This document shows, one piece after another, positions 62,015 to 64,000 of a stretch of DNA of 64,000 nt; the stretch's first letter is position 1, and every line of letters begins with the position of its first letter. This DNA is from Opitutales bacterium (GTDB lineage: Bacteria; Verrucomicrobiota; Verrucomicrobiia; Opitutales; UBA2987), in NCBI GenBank assembly GCA_965226885.1, contig CBDDEL010000016.1, forward strand, positions 64,001-128,000, in the 5' to 3' direction. Below the pieces are notes generated by a model. The model did no database searches. It saw only the letters and a list, made by a program, of their open reading frames with translations, and was not told the origin of the DNA. Position numbers and translations under genes: made by a program.

Positions 62015-64000
62015 ATGCATGAGGAATCAAATATTGTCGAACTCGTAATCGGAATCATTTCCCTCTTGTTGATTGCCGCCACTGTGCTGGCCTTAACGAA
62101 GCGATTGAAGCTGCCCTTTTCCGTAATGCTTGTCTTAGTTGGGATGGGTGTGGCCTGGCTTTCCAAATTTAACGAAGGAGCCCAATTATTAATCGAAGAG
62201 ATGGAAATATCTCCATCCCTCATCCTTTATGTTTTTCTGCCCACCTTGATCTTCGAATCGGCCTACAATCTGGACGCCCGCCAGTTGCGTCAAAACCTGC
62301 GCCCCATTCTTACCCTGGCCATACCCGGCCTGCTCCTGTCCAACTGTATCATTGGCCTGTTGGTGGTTTTTGCATCCGAGGTTCCCCTGCCCGCCGCCCT
62401 TCTTCTGGGCGCCATCCTTAGCGCCACCGACCCGGTAGCCGTCATCGCCCTCTTTAAAAAACTGGGGGCCCCCTCCCGCTTGACCGTGCTGGTGGAAGGG
62501 GAAAGCCTTTTTAACGACGCCACCTCCATCGTGCTGTCCAAAATCATGATTGCCATCGTTTTGGCCGGTAGCTTTATCACTGCAAATTTGGTTTCCGGCG
62601 TAGAAACATTTATCGTGGTCTTCTTTGGAGGTCTGGTGGTGGGCTGGTTATTGGGTCTACTCACAGGATACGTGCTCGGAAAAGTGCAATCGGACCACGA
62701 CATCGAGATTACCCTGACCACCATCCTGGCCTATGTTTCCTTTATCTTTGCCGAGGAAATCCTCCATGTCAGCGGAGTGATGGCCACGGTGGCGGCCGGT
62801 CTTACCCTGGGCGGCTGGGGACGCATCCGGATTTCCCCTTCGGTCCGCAGCTACCTCGACCATTATTGGGAGTACCTGGTTTTCGTGGCCACCGCCCTGA
62901 TTTTCCTCATGGTTGGCTTAAAGGTTGAATTTATGGCCATGTGGGAACATGTGGATATGTTGGCCGTGGTCATTCTGGCCATGCTGTTTTCTCGTGCCGT
63001 CGTAATTTACGGGCTGATGCCCCTGCTGAGCCGCATTCCTGGTTCGGAACCAGTCAGCAAAGGCTATCAAACGGTTATGTATTGGGGCGGTTTGCGCGGG
63101 GCCATTGCACTGGCCATCGTACTCAGTCTTCCGGCATTCGAGGAGAGGGAGATGTTTATCGTGCTGGTCATGGGGGCGGTCATTTTCACCCTCTTGGCCC
63201 AAGGCCTGTCCATGGACATGCTGGTCAAAAAACTGGGTTTGGACCGCCCTCCCCTGGCTGACCGTCTGGCCCTCCTGGAAGGCAAATTAGCCGGTCAGAG
63301 AATGGCTTTGCGCAGAATCCCCGAGTTGCGAGAGGGCGGCCTTTACTCAAGACCCATCGCCGAAAAATTGCAGCAGATATGTGAGGACGAAATCAATGAA
63401 GTGAAGAATGCCCTGGAAAATCTGCGCAACAGCGAACTCGATCAAAATCAGGAATCAATCCTCCTTTACCTGCGAACATTTGCGGAGGAACGAGCGCTCT
63501 ATTCAGATATGTTCAATAAAGGCCATTTGAGCGAAAGCGCCCTGCGGCAGCTTTTATCAATGCTTGTTCTGCATATTGACGCCGTGCGCTCGTCCGGGAC
63601 TTACCAACCGATTGAGTCCCACAGCTTGCGCGGCAGGCGGCTACAAATATCCCTTTTCCGGTTTCTGCAAAAAATACCCGGACTTTCGACCGAGGTGGAA
63701 GGCCTCCGCCTGGCCTCTATTTCTCAGGCCTATGAACTGGCCTGGGGCCACTACCAAGGGAGCACTCGAGTCCTCGAATACCTGCAGGAACATGCCCATA
63801 GGGAAGTGACCTCCTCCGTGGTGCTGCGGGATGTGCGTTCCCAATACTTAAAAAAACGTGAAGCCGCCCGCCAGGAAATCGATGAAGTGGCCGAGCAATT
63901 TCCGGAATTCGTCCACACCATGCAGGAAAGGCTGGGCCGCAGGATGATCTTGCTGAGCGAGGAGGAGACAGTCGAAGAACACGAGAATCGCGGCCTTATT
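62015..64000 (+). CDS. nhaP: CPA1-family Na+/H+ antiporter with a long cytoplasmic tail (runs off the window; absent from the ORF track)
   Basis: MHEESNIVELV..., FLPTLIFESA, SATDPVAV, EGESLFNDA, WGGLRGAI; frame consistent through 64000. Confidence 0.9.
   Translation, partial: MHEESNIVELVIGIISLLLIAATVLALTKRLKLPFSVMLVLVGMGVAWLSKFNEGAQLLIEEMEISPSLILYVFLPTLIFESAYNLDARQLRQNLRPILTLAIPGLLLSNCIIGLLVVFASEVPLPAALLLGAILSATDPVAVIALFKKLGAPSRLTVLVEGESLFNDATSIVLSKIMIAIVLAGSFITANLVSGVETFIVVFFGGLVVGWLLGLLTGYVLGKVQSDHDIEITLTTILAYVSFIFAEEILHVSGVMATVAAGLTLGGWGRIRISPSVRSYLDHYWEYLVFVATALIFLMVGLKVEFMAMWEHVDMLAVVILAMLFSRAVVIYGLMPLLSRIPGSEPVSKGYQTVMYWGGLRGAIALAIVLSLPAFEEREMFIVLVMGAVIFTLLAQGLSMDMLVKKLGLDRPPLADRLALLEGKLAGQRMALRRIPELREGGLYSRPIAEKLQQICEDEINEVKNALENLRNSELDQNQESILLYLRTFAEERALYSDMFNKGHLSESALRQLLSMLVLHIDAVRSSGTYQPIESHSLRGRRLQISLFRFLQKIPGLSTEVEGLRLASISQAYELAWGHYQGSTRVLEYLQEHAHREVTSSVVLRDVRSQYLKKREAARQEIDEVAEQFPEFVHTMQERLGRRMILLSEEETVEEHENRGLI

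Overview
This is a bacterial chromosomal window, most likely Verrucomicrobiota (Opitutales-like, probably marine). That assignment is inferred from gene content and a C-terminal 'DGDGLANLLEFSLGTDP' sorting-type domain. About 15 kb (roughly a quarter) is insertion sequence: IS1380 x3, IS3 x3 plus remnants, IS21, IS1, three copies of an ISNCY/ISDol1-like element, and an IS256 scrap. Many genes are broken by IS insertion, short tandem duplications, microhomology deletions or in-frame stops. Housekeeping content: ftsB-like, exeA-like, tRNA-Leu(TAA), glnD plus a split GAF histidine kinase, an HNH nuclease, three GT-C/O-antigen-ligase-like membrane proteins, mnmA, an EVE protein, a 10-gene mrpEFGBBCDD-x-D operon, yqgE, dCMP deaminase and a CPA1 antiporter. 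Most notable: (i) a FecR-TPR-beta-barrel / giant surface protein / CHASE2 adenylate cyclase trans-envelope signalling module resembling NsrA-CyaK; (ii) a 5.85 kb tRNA-Leu mini-island with intact att cores, arm repeats and integrase, carrying a 59-bp attC integron cassette without intI, preceded by four copies of an unexplained 18-bp palindrome; (iii) a homocysteine-methyltransferase/Rossmann-methyltransferase fusion lacking all three Zn-ligand cysteines; (iv) a translationally coupled triple array of membrane TolB-N/TPR proteins. All calls come from reading the sequence; no searches were run.
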